From: Candidatus Omnitrophota bacterium
GTDB taxonomy: Bacteria > Omnitrophota > Gorgyraeia > Zapsychrales > Zapsychraceae
Direction of reading: 5' to 3'
Assembly (NCBI GenBank): GCA_015233195.1
Contig: JADFYE010000011.1
Span: 4,472-68,471 of the forward strand
DNA: 64,000 bases
Position 1 is the first letter of the stretch; every line of letters starts with the position of its first letter. A program made the translations under genes and the position numbers. Of this stretch, positions 19,487 through 28,822 are shown piece by piece. Below the pieces are notes generated by a model, which was given only the letters and a program-made list of their open reading frames with translations, had not been told where the DNA came from and did not search any database.

Positions 19487-21286
19487 ATGAATTCAAAAAT
19501 TTTTAAGATAATACTTTTAATATTATTTGGTCTAGTTATTTACTCCAATTCTTTCCAAGTGCCTTTCCAATATGATGATTATATTTTCATTTCCGGTAAT
19601 CCGGACATCCGCGATATAACCAATATCAAAGCTATGTGGAATTCTCAGCCGCAGAATTCGCGGTTTGTGGCAACAGTAACTTTCGCTATTAATTACGCGA
19701 TAGGCAAGTTGGATGTGGTCGGATATCACGTCGTAAATATTATTATTCATTTAATAAATGGGTTTTTGGTGTGGTGGTTGGTTAGATTATTATTTAACAC
19801 TCCTGGTCTTCGTGGTCATAGGTTAAAAGAATTCAGTAGTGAGATCGGTTGGTTAAGTGCAATGCTGTTTATCGCGCATCCTTTGCAGACGCAAGCAGTG
19901 ACATACATAACGCAAAGGTACGCGTCGCTGGCGACGTTGTTTTATTTGTTAACGATGTGCTGGTATTTAAAAGGACGCAGCTCCGTTGATAAAAAAAATA
20001 TATATTTTATTGGAGCCGGCATTAGCGCGTTGTTGGGTGTATTCACGAAAGAAATGACCATGACCATACCTTTAATGCTTTTATTAACCGAATGGTTGAT
20101 GTTCGAGCATAAAAATATAAAATGGCAGACTGTTTTTATTTACAGCTTAGTTTTATTAGGTTTTTTGATGATTGTTCCAGCCTTAATGCATTTTAATTTT
20201 TTCTGGGCGTTTTTTGAACCTAAGACTTCTTCTTCGCATACTTGGGACGTAGTTACGCTTGAACCTTTTTTGATTACGCAATTAAAGGTGTGGGTTTTGT
20301 TGCTGGCTAAATTTGTTATTCCTATAGGTCAGAATCTTGATTATGATTTTCCGCTTAAGCATAATTTTTGGCAGTTTGATGTGTGGGGCAGTGGTTTGGT
20401 GTTGGCAGGATTGTTGATTTTTGCGCTGGTTTATCGTCGGAAAAATGTTTTAGTAAGTTATGGTATTATGTGGTTTTTTGTAGCGATCAGCATTGAGTTT
20501 GTTCCTAGGATTTATTTGATATTCGAACATAAGATGTATTTGCCGATCGCGGGCTTAAGCATGGCAGTGATTGGTTTGTGGAGAGAGAAGATCAAAGATG
20601 AAATAGCGAGGATCATAATTATTTCCGCAGTCATAGTTGCTCTGGGATTTTTGACGTTTAATCGTAACGCGGTTTGGGGAAGTGCGATTTCATTATGGTC
20701 GGATGTGGTTAGTAAATCACCAAATAAAGCGTCGGCTTTGCATATGTTGGCTTTTTCTTATATTGAAGACGGTGATATTAAAAAAGGTTATGCGTATTTA
20801 GAGCGGACGCTGAATCAGGACCGGTATTATGTCAAGGCGCTTTATAACAAGGCGTATGTTTTTATTGAATTAGGTCAAAATGGAGAGGCTTTAAAAAATT
20901 TAAATGAGTGTCTGCGTCTGAATCCTCATTATTCGAGAGCTTATGTGAAGCGGGGTTTAGTTTATACTAACTTGGGTGAATATCAAAACGCGTTAAATGA
21001 TTTTGCAAAAGCGATTGAGCTTGAGCCCAGATATTCTGGAGGATATTTAAATCGAGGTGTAGCTTATTATAAAATGAATAATATTCTTTTGGCGATAAAA
21101 GATTTTAAAACCGCGATTAATTTAGCTCCGGAAATGGGAGGGGCATATTATAATCTTTTTTCAGCGTATAAGCTGCAAGGGGATGGTGTTCACGCTAAAG
21201 CCACTGCGCAGGATATAAAAAAGTTTAAATTAAAAATTTCTGATAAGCAGCAAATGGAAGTAGATCAGTTTGTTAGAGAAAATTGA
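19487..21286 (+). CDS. Polytopic membrane protein (GT-C-like) with C-terminal TPR repeats, paralogue 2
   Basis: Membrane domain about 80% identical by eye to 17149..19218 over ~410 aa (FQYDD motif). TPR region shorter and divergent. Confidence 0.8.
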   Translation: MNSKIFKIILLILFGLVIYSNSFQVPFQYDDYIFISGNPDIRDITNIKAMWNSQPQNSRFVATVTFAINYAIGKLDVVGYHVVNIIIHLINGFLVWWLVRLLFNTPGLRGHRLKEFSSEIGWLSAMLFIAHPLQTQAVTYITQRYASLATLFYLLTMCWYLKGRSSVDKKNIYFIGAGISALLGVFTKEMTMTIPLMLLLTEWLMFEHKNIKWQTVFIYSLVLLGFLMIVPALMHFNFFWAFFEPKTSSSHTWDVVTLEPFLITQLKVWVLLLAKFVIPIGQNLDYDFPLKHNFWQFDVWGSGLVLAGLLIFALVYRRKNVLVSYGIMWFFVAISIEFVPRIYLIFEHKMYLPIAGLSMAVIGLWREKIKDEIARIIIISAVIVALGFLTFNRNAVWGSAISLWSDVVSKSPNKASALHMLAFSYIEDGDIKKGYAYLERTLNQDRYYVKALYNKAYVFIELGQNGEALKNLNECLRLNPHYSRAYVKRGLVYTNLGEYQNALNDFAKAIELEPRYSGGYLNRGVAYYKMNNILLAIKDFKTAINLAPEMGGAYYNLFSAYKLQGDGVHAKATAQDIKKFKLKISDKQQMEVDQFVREN

Positions 21287-21288
21287 TA

Positions 21289-22944
21289 ATGAAAAAGTCT
21301 AATATAATAAAAACGCCCACTATTGTTAAACCCAATTGGTTGGCTATGGCATCATTCTTTTTATTTATAACGCTTCTTACATTCAGTAATGTTTTTGGAC
21401 ACAAGTTTACGCTTGACGATAAACTTTTTTTTGCTGAAAAAGGCGTATTACAATCTCTATCTATTGTAAAAATATTCACCAGTTCATATATTGGTTTTTA
21501 CCGTCCATTAGGAATGTATGTTTATGGTCTGGAAATGCAATGGTTTGGTACACATCTTTGGGCGTATCATTTGGTAAGCGTTTTATTTTTTACTTTTATT
21601 GGATATCTATTATACGTGCTGGTTTGGTTGTTATGGGGGGATCGCCGTTTGGCATTCTGGTCAGCATTGCTTTATTTGGTTCATCCTATCAATCACGTTT
21701 TGGTAGATTATAAGACTGCGGTTACAGTTATGGTGAGCGTTGCTGCCATGCAAATTAGTTTTATTTTTTTTATTTGGTATTTACGCGGGGAAAAATTGCG
21801 GGATTTGTGCGGTATGACTTTATTTTTTACAGCAGCTTTGTTTTCTCATGAGATGAGTTTTTTACTACCTGGGTTGTTTTTAATATTATGGTGTTTGGAG
21901 AAAAAATTTTATTGGAAAGAGTTTTTAAAAATTTTTGTACCGTTGTTTTTGGTGTTTTGTTTGTTTTTCTTTGCCCGGATGAAATTTGTCGGTATAAGTA
22001 AAGAAGGTTTGAATTTTGCGGCGTATGGTCTAGGATTTTTCCAATACTTTAATACTTTCTTTGATTTAGTTAAATGGTATTTGAGTAAATTGATTTGGCC
22101 GGAAAAGGTGGTGTTTCTTTGGAACGAGAGAATAACTCAAAATAATTTTGATTTGGCGCGTTTATTATGGACCGGCGGGTTAGGGATCATAGTAACTGTT
22201 ATATTTGTAACGCGCAAAAAATTGCCGGCGGTATTTAAGTCTTTAGTTTGGTTTTGGTTAGGGATGATCCCCGCTTTTTTAGGTTGCTTCGTGTATTCGC
22301 GAACCGTAGCTTACGCTTTGATCGAGCCGCATTGGTTCAGTTTTTGGGGTATGGGTTTTTTTATTTTTATCGCCTTGATATTTGTAAAGATTGAAAGGTT
22401 GCTCGGAAAATGGGGGACAACGGTTGGAGTTTTGGTGGTAAGCGGTTTGGCCGGACTTACTTTTTTGGTAAATGCTAATTGGGCGGATGATCTTACTTAT
22501 AGTAAATTTTGGCTGGATCAAAATTCGATAAATGGTTCAGCTTGGCAGACTTTGTCGCGAGGTTATATTGAAAAATATGACCAGGGTGTGGATGCATCAA
22601 AATACGATTCATGTGAAGTGCCAGCATATTTAGGTTTGGCATATCAAGGCATTGAAAAAATCAACCAAATGCAGGCTTATTATGATTTAGCTTTAAAAAT
22701 AGATCCGAAATGTGCGCAGGCATATTATGGGTTGTCAATATTATGGCATATGCTAAAAGATAATAATAAATCAGCAGATTTATTATATAAAGCTAAAGAG
22801 TTAGATGTTAGGTATTTTAGAGCATATCAAATAGCAGTTACAGTTTTTGATACAAAACAAGATAAAGATTCTTATATTCAATTACTTGAAGAGTATAAAA
22901 AGATCAAAGGAACGGAAGCTGTGGCGCGATGGCTGGAGAAGTAA
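21289..22944 (+). CDS. Polytopic membrane protein with C-terminal TPR repeats, divergent paralogue 3
   Basis: ATG at 21289 preferred over TTG at 21283. FTLDD motif after TM1, multiple TM segments, C-terminal TPR-like AQAYYGLS. Confidence 0.7.
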   Translation: MKKSNIIKTPTIVKPNWLAMASFFLFITLLTFSNVFGHKFTLDDKLFFAEKGVLQSLSIVKIFTSSYIGFYRPLGMYVYGLEMQWFGTHLWAYHLVSVLFFTFIGYLLYVLVWLLWGDRRLAFWSALLYLVHPINHVLVDYKTAVTVMVSVAAMQISFIFFIWYLRGEKLRDLCGMTLFFTAALFSHEMSFLLPGLFLILWCLEKKFYWKEFLKIFVPLFLVFCLFFFARMKFVGISKEGLNFAAYGLGFFQYFNTFFDLVKWYLSKLIWPEKVVFLWNERITQNNFDLARLLWTGGLGIIVTVIFVTRKKLPAVFKSLVWFWLGMIPAFLGCFVYSRTVAYALIEPHWFSFWGMGFFIFIALIFVKIERLLGKWGTTVGVLVVSGLAGLTFLVNANWADDLTYSKFWLDQNSINGSAWQTLSRGYIEKYDQGVDASKYDSCEVPAYLGLAYQGIEKINQMQAYYDLALKIDPKCAQAYYGLSILWHMLKDNNKSADLLYKAKELDVRYFRAYQIAVTVFDTKQDKDSYIQLLEEYKKIKGTEAVARWLEK

Positions 22945-22982
22945 ATTGACTGATATGTGGTTTTGTGTTACTTTATACGGCG

Positions 22983-23678
22983 ATGATTTCAGATAATTTT
23001 AGTAAAATTAAGCAGAATATTCAAGTTGTATGCCGACGGGTTGACCGAGATCCGAACGATGTTATTTTGGTCGGCGCGTCTAAGTATGCGGATGCTGGGA
23101 TGATTAAGGAAGCGGTTAACGCAGGATTGAAAGTGATTGGAGAGAATAGGGTTCAGGATGCTTTGGAAAAGTTTGAGGTTTTAGACCAGGAGGGTATAAA
23201 AGTCGTTAAGCACCTGATCGGTCATTTGCAGAGTAATAAAGTAAAATTGGCAGTTGAGAATTTTGATCTTATTCAATCTGTGGATAGTTTAAAATTGGCG
23301 CATGAAATTGATAAACACGCCCAGCGTTTGAATAAAGTAATGGATATTTTGGTGCAGGTGAATACGTCGGGTGAAAAACAAAAGTTTGGTACTGATAAGT
23401 CAACAGTTTTTGAGTTGGTTAAACAGATAGCTGGTTTATCCCATATCCGGGTACAAGGTTTAATGACTATGGGACCGCTGGTCGAGACAGAGGATCGGGA
23501 AATTGTCAGGCAATGTTTCAGGCAGTTAAAAGACATTTCGGAAACTATCCGCCGGGAATTATCAATATATCCTAAGATAGAAATGAAGTATTTGTCTATG
23601 GGGATGTCTGGCGACTATGATATCGCTTTGGAAGAAGGCGCAAACATGATCAGAATCGGGAGGGTCTTATTCACATGA
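22983..23678 (+). CDS. yggS: YggS-family pyridoxal-phosphate homeostasis protein
   Basis: LVGASKY (PLP Lys), IGENRVQDA, HLIGHLQSNKVK, LSMGMSGDY, IRIGR. Start moved to the internal ATG at 22983. Confidence 0.85.
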   Translation: MISDNFSKIKQNIQVVCRRVDRDPNDVILVGASKYADAGMIKEAVNAGLKVIGENRVQDALEKFEVLDQEGIKVVKHLIGHLQSNKVKLAVENFDLIQSVDSLKLAHEIDKHAQRLNKVMDILVQVNTSGEKQKFGTDKSTVFELVKQIAGLSHIRVQGLMTMGPLVETEDREIVRQCFRQLKDISETIRRELSIYPKIEMKYLSMGMSGDYDIALEEGANMIRIGRVLFT

Positions 23679-24469
23679 GCAAAAAAATGACAGTGGGTAT
23701 TATTGGTGGTGGGAATATGGGTACTGCTATAGCTGCAGGTATCTGGAATCAGTTTGATGTTTATGTATGCGAGAAAGATAAGAAACGTGAAGCATTGCTG
23801 CGTCGTAAATATTCAGTCAAGACTATTGATATCGCGAGCTTGGTAAACAATTGTAAAGTTATTATTTTAGCTATAAAGCCGCAGAATATTGATGAGATCC
23901 TGAGCGCTTTGCATGGAATGATCGGCGAGGATAAGATCATTATTTCAGTGGTTGCCGGCATATCCTGCGCTTTTATTGAAAAACATTTAAGAGTTAAAGT
24001 GCGGGTGATCCGGGCAATGCCGAATTTACCAGCACAGATCAGGGAAGGTATTACCGGTATAGCTAAAGGTAAATATGCTAAGCCGCATGATCTGAAAGTT
24101 GCAGCTTTGATCTTAGGGTTTATTGGTCAGACGGTTATTGTAGAGGAGAAAATGATAAACGCGATCACTGCGGTTTCAGGCAGCGGTCCGGCTTATGTGT
24201 TTTTATTTTTGGAAAGTTTTGTTAATTCAGCTATCAGTTTAGGTTTGACCAAAGATATGAGTATAAAATTAGTTAGCCAGACCATAAAGGGTAGTTTTAG
24301 TTTGATTGAAAAAACTAAGCAGGCTCCTGCGCTGTTGCGTCAGCAAGTCACGTCTAAAGGCGGAACTACTGAAGCAGCTTTAAATGTATTTTCTAGCCAG
24401 CATTTTGAAAAGATGTTTCATACTGCGGTCCATGCAGCAGAAAAAAGAGCTAAAGAATTAGGTAAATAA
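23675..24469 (+). CDS. proC: Pyrroline-5-carboxylate reductase
   Basis: GIIGGGNMGTAI Rossmann motif, RAMPNLPA, SGSGPAYVF, TSKGGTTEAAL signature. Confidence 0.9.
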   Translation: MSKKMTVGIIGGGNMGTAIAAGIWNQFDVYVCEKDKKREALLRRKYSVKTIDIASLVNNCKVIILAIKPQNIDEILSALHGMIGEDKIIISVVAGISCAFIEKHLRVKVRVIRAMPNLPAQIREGITGIAKGKYAKPHDLKVAALILGFIGQTVIVEEKMINAITAVSGSGPAYVFLFLESFVNSAISLGLTKDMSIKLVSQTIKGSFSLIEKTKQAPALLRQQVTSKGGTTEAALNVFSSQHFEKMFHTAVHAAEKRAKELGK

Positions 24470-24478
24470 GGAGTTTAT

Positions 24479-25339
24479 ATGGTTAAAGTCGGAATTATAG
24501 GCGGGAGCGGGCTGTATCATATTGAAGGTATTGCGAATGTAAAAGAGATCACAGATATTAAAACGCCTTTTGGTATGGCGTCTGATTCTTTATTTGCCGG
24601 ACAATTAGACGGGATAGATGTAGTATTCTTATCCCGCCATGGGCGGGGGCATCGGGTATCTCCGTCTGAAATAAATTACCGAGCTAATATTTTTATGATG
24701 AAAAAACTCGGAGTGGACGCTATACTTTCAGTTTCCGCTTGCGGCAGTTTGCGTGAGGATATGAAACCTTTGGATTTTGTAGTGCCGGACCAATTTGTTG
24801 ACCGCACGCATCAGGCGCGTAAAATGACATTTTTTGAGAATGGAATAGTCGCTCATGTTTCATTGGCTGATCCGGTTAGTCCGGAATTGACCAAAATCCT
24901 GGTCGATAGTTGTAAAAGTTTAGGTTTAAGGGTTCATCCAAAAGGTACGTACATAAATATGGAAGGTCCGCAATTCTCGACCAAGGCTGAGTCGAATTTG
25001 TATCGCCAATGGGGTATGGATATTATTGGAATGACTACTATGTCTGAAGCCCGTCTGGCGCGCGAAGCAGAAATTTCATACGCGACTTTGGCTGCAGTTA
25101 CAGATTATGATTGCTGGCATCCGGGACACGACGCTGTAACTGTGGATATGATAATTGGTTATTTAACTAAGAACGCGGAGAACGCTAAAAAGATATTGAA
25201 GCTGGCTATACCAAAGATCGGGCAGTTGAAAGAGTTCAGCGCCCAAGGCGCGCTTAAGTTCGCGTTATTAACCGACCGAAAAGCAATCCCAGAACGCGTT
25301 AAAAAAGATTTAGAAATTTTGATTAAAAATTATTTGTAA
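24479..25339 (+). CDS. mtnP: S-methyl-5'-thioadenosine phosphorylase
   Basis: IGIIGGSGLY, FLSRHGRGH, NYRANI, GMTTMSEARLAREAE; typical MTAP family pattern. Confidence 0.9.
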   Translation: MVKVGIIGGSGLYHIEGIANVKEITDIKTPFGMASDSLFAGQLDGIDVVFLSRHGRGHRVSPSEINYRANIFMMKKLGVDAILSVSACGSLREDMKPLDFVVPDQFVDRTHQARKMTFFENGIVAHVSLADPVSPELTKILVDSCKSLGLRVHPKGTYINMEGPQFSTKAESNLYRQWGMDIIGMTTMSEARLAREAEISYATLAAVTDYDCWHPGHDAVTVDMIIGYLTKNAENAKKILKLAIPKIGQLKEFSAQGALKFALLTDRKAIPERVKKDLEILIKNYL

Positions 25340-25347
25340 AAAAATAG

Positions 25348-25376
25348 TCCCGTAAAATCGCTTTGCGATCACGGGA
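25348..25376 (+). terminator. Rho-independent terminator of the yggS-proC-mtnP unit
   Basis: TCCCGT...ACGGGA outer stem with inner ATCGC-TTT-GCGAT, followed by TTTATT. Confidence 0.7.
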
Positions 25377-25398
25377 TTTATTAAATAAAAATTTAAAA

Positions 25399-25572
25399 CA
25401 AATTTTTGATTAAAAATCTTCGGTATTTCGCGGAACGCTTGTTTAATCCGGCGTATTAAACTGCGCTCGAAGATAATTCTCGCTCTCGTACGGTGAAGCA
25501 TGTACGAACCGTGCCCGCTTGAATTATCTAACGTCCGCTTTAATACCTCAAATTTTTAACTTTAAAAATTTG
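25399..25572. repeat. Repeat family A, copy 2 (inverted relative to copy 1)
   Basis: Reverse complement aligns with 19271-19440, including the terminal CAAATTTTT/AAAAATTTG. Confidence 0.8.
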
Positions 25573-25592
25573 TTAATAATATAAAAATTGTA

Positions 25593-25631
25593 TCCCTCTC
25601 CAGCCTCTGGGGAGAGGGTAGGGTGAGGGGA
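25593..25631 (+). repeat. Hairpin repeat family B, copy 1 (CCCTCTCC-loop-GGAGAGGG-TAGGGTGAGGGG)
   Basis: 8-bp stem plus G-rich tail. Ends 2 nt before the ileS ATG, so the GGTGAGGGG tail sits where the SD should be. Confidence 0.8.
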
Positions 25632-25632
25632 T

Positions 25633-28437
25633 ATGGATTATCAAAAGACTTTAAATTTACCTAACACTAATTTTTCCATGAAAGCGGGCTTAGCTGAAAA
25701 AGAACCAGCCATGCTCGAGAAATGGAATAATGATAAATTGTATGAACAGATCCGTCAAAAATGCAAAGGCAAAAAACCTTTTATTCTTCACGACGGACCA
25801 CCGTATGCTAACGGTAATATTCATATTGGTCATGCTTTAAATAAAGTTTTAAAAGATATCATTGTTAAATACAACACCATGAAAGACCTGGATGCTTTGT
25901 ATATTCCGGGCTGGGATTGTCATGGTCTGCCGATTGAGCATCAATTATTAAAAGAACTCAAAAAAAATAAAGGCGAAGTGGATTGCGTTGATTTCCGTAA
26001 AAAAGCGTATGAATATGCCATGAATTTTGTGGGTATACAGCGCGACCAGTTTAAACGTTTGGGAATACAAGGTCAGTGGGATAATCCATATTTAACTTTA
26101 AAACCTGAATATGAATTTTGGATCTTGAATTCTTTGGCAAGGCTGAATAAAGACGGTTACATTTATCGAGGATTAAAACCAGTTAACTGGTGCGCGTCAT
26201 GCGAAACTGCTTTGGCTGAAGCTGAAGTGGAATATGAAGACCATACTTCTCCGTCAGTATATGTTAAATTTGCGGTTAAAAACGCGGATGCTATTGGTTT
26301 TAAAAATACTAAAGTTAGTTTGGTTATATGGACTACTACGCCTTGGACTTTAATGGCTAACGTTGCGGTTGCGGCGAATGCTAAGTTTGATTATGTTTGC
26401 GCTAAAGTCGGCGATGAAATTTTAATTTTGGAGAAAAGTTTAGCTCCAAAAATTTTTGCCAAAGCTAAGATCGAGAATTTTAAAATTGAAAAAGAACTTA
26501 AAGGCAAAGAACTGACTGTATTAAAATACGAACATCCGTTCGGAATTGAGACTAATTGCTGCGTGGTCTGCGCTGATTATGTTACTAATGAGGATGGTAC
26601 AGGTTTGGTGCATACAGCGCCGGGACATGGGCAGGATGATTTTCAGACTGGACTTAAAAATAATTTAGATGTGCTGATGCCAGTTGATGACCGCGGTATT
26701 TATACCAAACAAGCTGGAGCTTTTGCTGGTCAGCATGTATTTAAAGCTAATGATCTGATCGTCGAAGATTTACGGGGACGAGGGATATTATTGTTAAAAG
26801 AAAATATTCCGCACTCATATCCGCATTGCTGGCGTTGTAAGAAACCGATTATTTTCCGTGCAACTAAACAATGGTTTTTGAATATTGAACATAAAGATTT
26901 ACGGCAGCGTTTAAAGGACGCTATTGTTAATAAAGTTCAATGGATTCCTGCTGCTGGACGGGAACGTATTTTAGGTATGGTTGCGACTCGTCCGGATTGG
27001 TGTTTATCACGGCAGCGTTTTTGGGGTGTGCCTATTCCTGCTGTGGTTTGTAAATCTTGCGGGGAACATATTTTGTTTTCTGAAGTAATAGAAAAATTCC
27101 GGGATATGGCAAAACAAAAAGGAACTGATGTTTGGTTCACCCATGATGTAAAAGAATTTTTACCGGCTGGTACAAAATGTCCGCATTGTTCTGGTTCTGA
27201 TTTCACCAAAGGTTCGGATATTCTGGACGTTTGGTTTGATTCTGGAGTAAGTCATCAGGCAGTTGCAAAAGGTATGTTAGGTAAAGATATTCCAGTTGAC
27301 CTGTATCTTGAAGGCTCAGATCAGCATAGGGGTTGGTTTCAATCTTCGCTTATTCCTGCTGTTGCTATGGAAGGTATTCCGCCATATAAAGCGGTTTTGA
27401 CCCATGGTTTCGTAGTGGATGGAGAAGGTCGAAAAATGTCAAAATCTTTAGGAAATGTGGTGTCTCCGCTTGATATTATCAAGAATAGTGGAGCAGATAT
27501 CCTAAGATTGTGGATTGCCTCAAGTTTGTATAGTGATGATATCCGTATATCAAAAGTGATATTAGAACGCTTGGTTGATGCTTACCGCAAGATCAGAAAT
27601 ACCATGAAGTATATATTAGGTAACTTGAATGACTTTAATCCGGATACGGATATAGTTGAATATAAACAACTTTGGGACCTGGACCAATGGGCGCTAAGCA
27701 GATTACATGGAATGATGGATCGGGTTTATACGAATTACGCGGAATATGAATTTTCAAAAGTGTATAAAGAAATTTATCACTTTTGTAATGAAGACTTGTC
27801 ATCTTTTTATCTTGACATTTTAAAAGACAGACTGTATATTTCATCCACTAAATCAATGGAAAGAAGGTCAGCACAGACTGCTCTTTATCATGTTTTAAAT
27901 AATTTGGTTCGGGCTTTGGCTCCGATTTTGTGTTTCACCTCCGAAGAGATTTTCACCTATATGCCAAGAGGCAAGGAATTAAATAAAGTCAACAGCGTGC
28001 ATCTTTTGAATTGGCTGGATCTGCCTAAAGAGTGGATGAATTCTGAAGTCGGTCAAAAATTTGATGCGTTTATAGTTTTACGACCATATGTATTAAAAGC
28101 ATTGGAAGATAAACGCAGGCTTAATGAGATCGGCAGTTCTTTGGAAGCAAAAATAATTTTTAAAACCGCGAGTGATCAAGATTATGATTATTTGACCAAA
28201 CAAGTCAAAGAGCTTCCGCAGATGTTTATTGTATCGCAGGTTTTAGTCGAGAAAGTCAGTAAAGTTGAACAAGGCTTGGGTGAACAATTCGCTAGCACTA
28301 CTGTCGTAGTAGAAAAAGCCGACGGTGCAAAATGTGATCGATGTTGGAACTACAGCACGGATGTAGGAAAATCAGAAGCACATCCGGGTTTGTGTAAACG
28401 ATGTAATGATATTGTAAAGGAGATAGTGAATGCCTAA
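25633..28437 (+). CDS. ileS: Isoleucine--tRNA ligase (type 1, C-terminal zinc finger)
   Basis: PPYANGNIHIGHALNK (HIGH), KMSKS, CP1 editing region, C-terminal CDRCW...CKRC. Confidence 0.97.
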   Translation: MDYQKTLNLPNTNFSMKAGLAEKEPAMLEKWNNDKLYEQIRQKCKGKKPFILHDGPPYANGNIHIGHALNKVLKDIIVKYNTMKDLDALYIPGWDCHGLPIEHQLLKELKKNKGEVDCVDFRKKAYEYAMNFVGIQRDQFKRLGIQGQWDNPYLTLKPEYEFWILNSLARLNKDGYIYRGLKPVNWCASCETALAEAEVEYEDHTSPSVYVKFAVKNADAIGFKNTKVSLVIWTTTPWTLMANVAVAANAKFDYVCAKVGDEILILEKSLAPKIFAKAKIENFKIEKELKGKELTVLKYEHPFGIETNCCVVCADYVTNEDGTGLVHTAPGHGQDDFQTGLKNNLDVLMPVDDRGIYTKQAGAFAGQHVFKANDLIVEDLRGRGILLLKENIPHSYPHCWRCKKPIIFRATKQWFLNIEHKDLRQRLKDAIVNKVQWIPAAGRERILGMVATRPDWCLSRQRFWGVPIPAVVCKSCGEHILFSEVIEKFRDMAKQKGTDVWFTHDVKEFLPAGTKCPHCSGSDFTKGSDILDVWFDSGVSHQAVAKGMLGKDIPVDLYLEGSDQHRGWFQSSLIPAVAMEGIPPYKAVLTHGFVVDGEGRKMSKSLGNVVSPLDIIKNSGADILRLWIASSLYSDDIRISKVILERLVDAYRKIRNTMKYILGNLNDFNPDTDIVEYKQLWDLDQWALSRLHGMMDRVYTNYAEYEFSKVYKEIYHFCNEDLSSFYLDILKDRLYISSTKSMERRSAQTALYHVLNNLVRALAPILCFTSEEIFTYMPRGKELNKVNSVHLLNWLDLPKEWMNSEVGQKFDAFIVLRPYVLKALEDKRRLNEIGSSLEAKIIFKTASDQDYDYLTKQVKELPQMFIVSQVLVEKVSKVEQGLGEQFASTTVVVEKADGAKCDRCWNYSTDVGKSEAHPGLCKRCNDIVKEIVNA

Positions 28438-28822
28438 TAAGAATCCAGACAAAATGGATTCCAAGAAATTGGAATTTTTTAAAGAACTGCTTTTAAAATT
28501 GAAAAATGATATTCTTAGGAATATTGATACCATGAATAAGGAGACCGGCGGACAGATGGCAGATTCCAAAGATGTTTCCGGACATGTTATGCATATGGCT
28601 GATGTGGCAACTGATATGTATGACCGGGAATTCGCTTTAGGCTTAGCGTCGAACGAACGTGAATTATTACAAAAGATTGAAGCTGCTTTAAAACGTATTG
28701 AGAACGGGACTTATGGTTTATGTCTTTCTACCGGTAAGCCAATATCGCAAGCCCGTCTAAAAGCTATACCTTATGTTGAATATTGTATGGAGTATCAGGA
28801 GAAATTAGAGCAAGATAAATGA
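28430..28822 (+). CDS. DksA/TraR-family protein with degenerate zinc finger (2 of 4 Cys)
   Basis: Sits between ileS and lspA. Coiled-coil N-terminus. GTYGLCLSTGKPISQARLKAIPYVEYCMEYQ matches the DksA C4 region with CxxT and CxxY. Confidence 0.75.
   Translation: MPNKNPDKMDSKKLEFFKELLLKLKNDILRNIDTMNKETGGQMADSKDVSGHVMHMADVATDMYDREFALGLASNERELLQKIEAALKRIENGTYGLCLSTGKPISQARLKAIPYVEYCMEYQEKLEQDK

Noticed and set aside
25380-25632. T-box riboswitch or other known aminoacyl-tRNA-synthetase leader upstream of ileS
   Set aside because: I found no T-box consensus (AANNNGGGTGGTACCGCG-like) or specifier-loop architecture. The region is fully accounted for by a terminator and repeats A and B.
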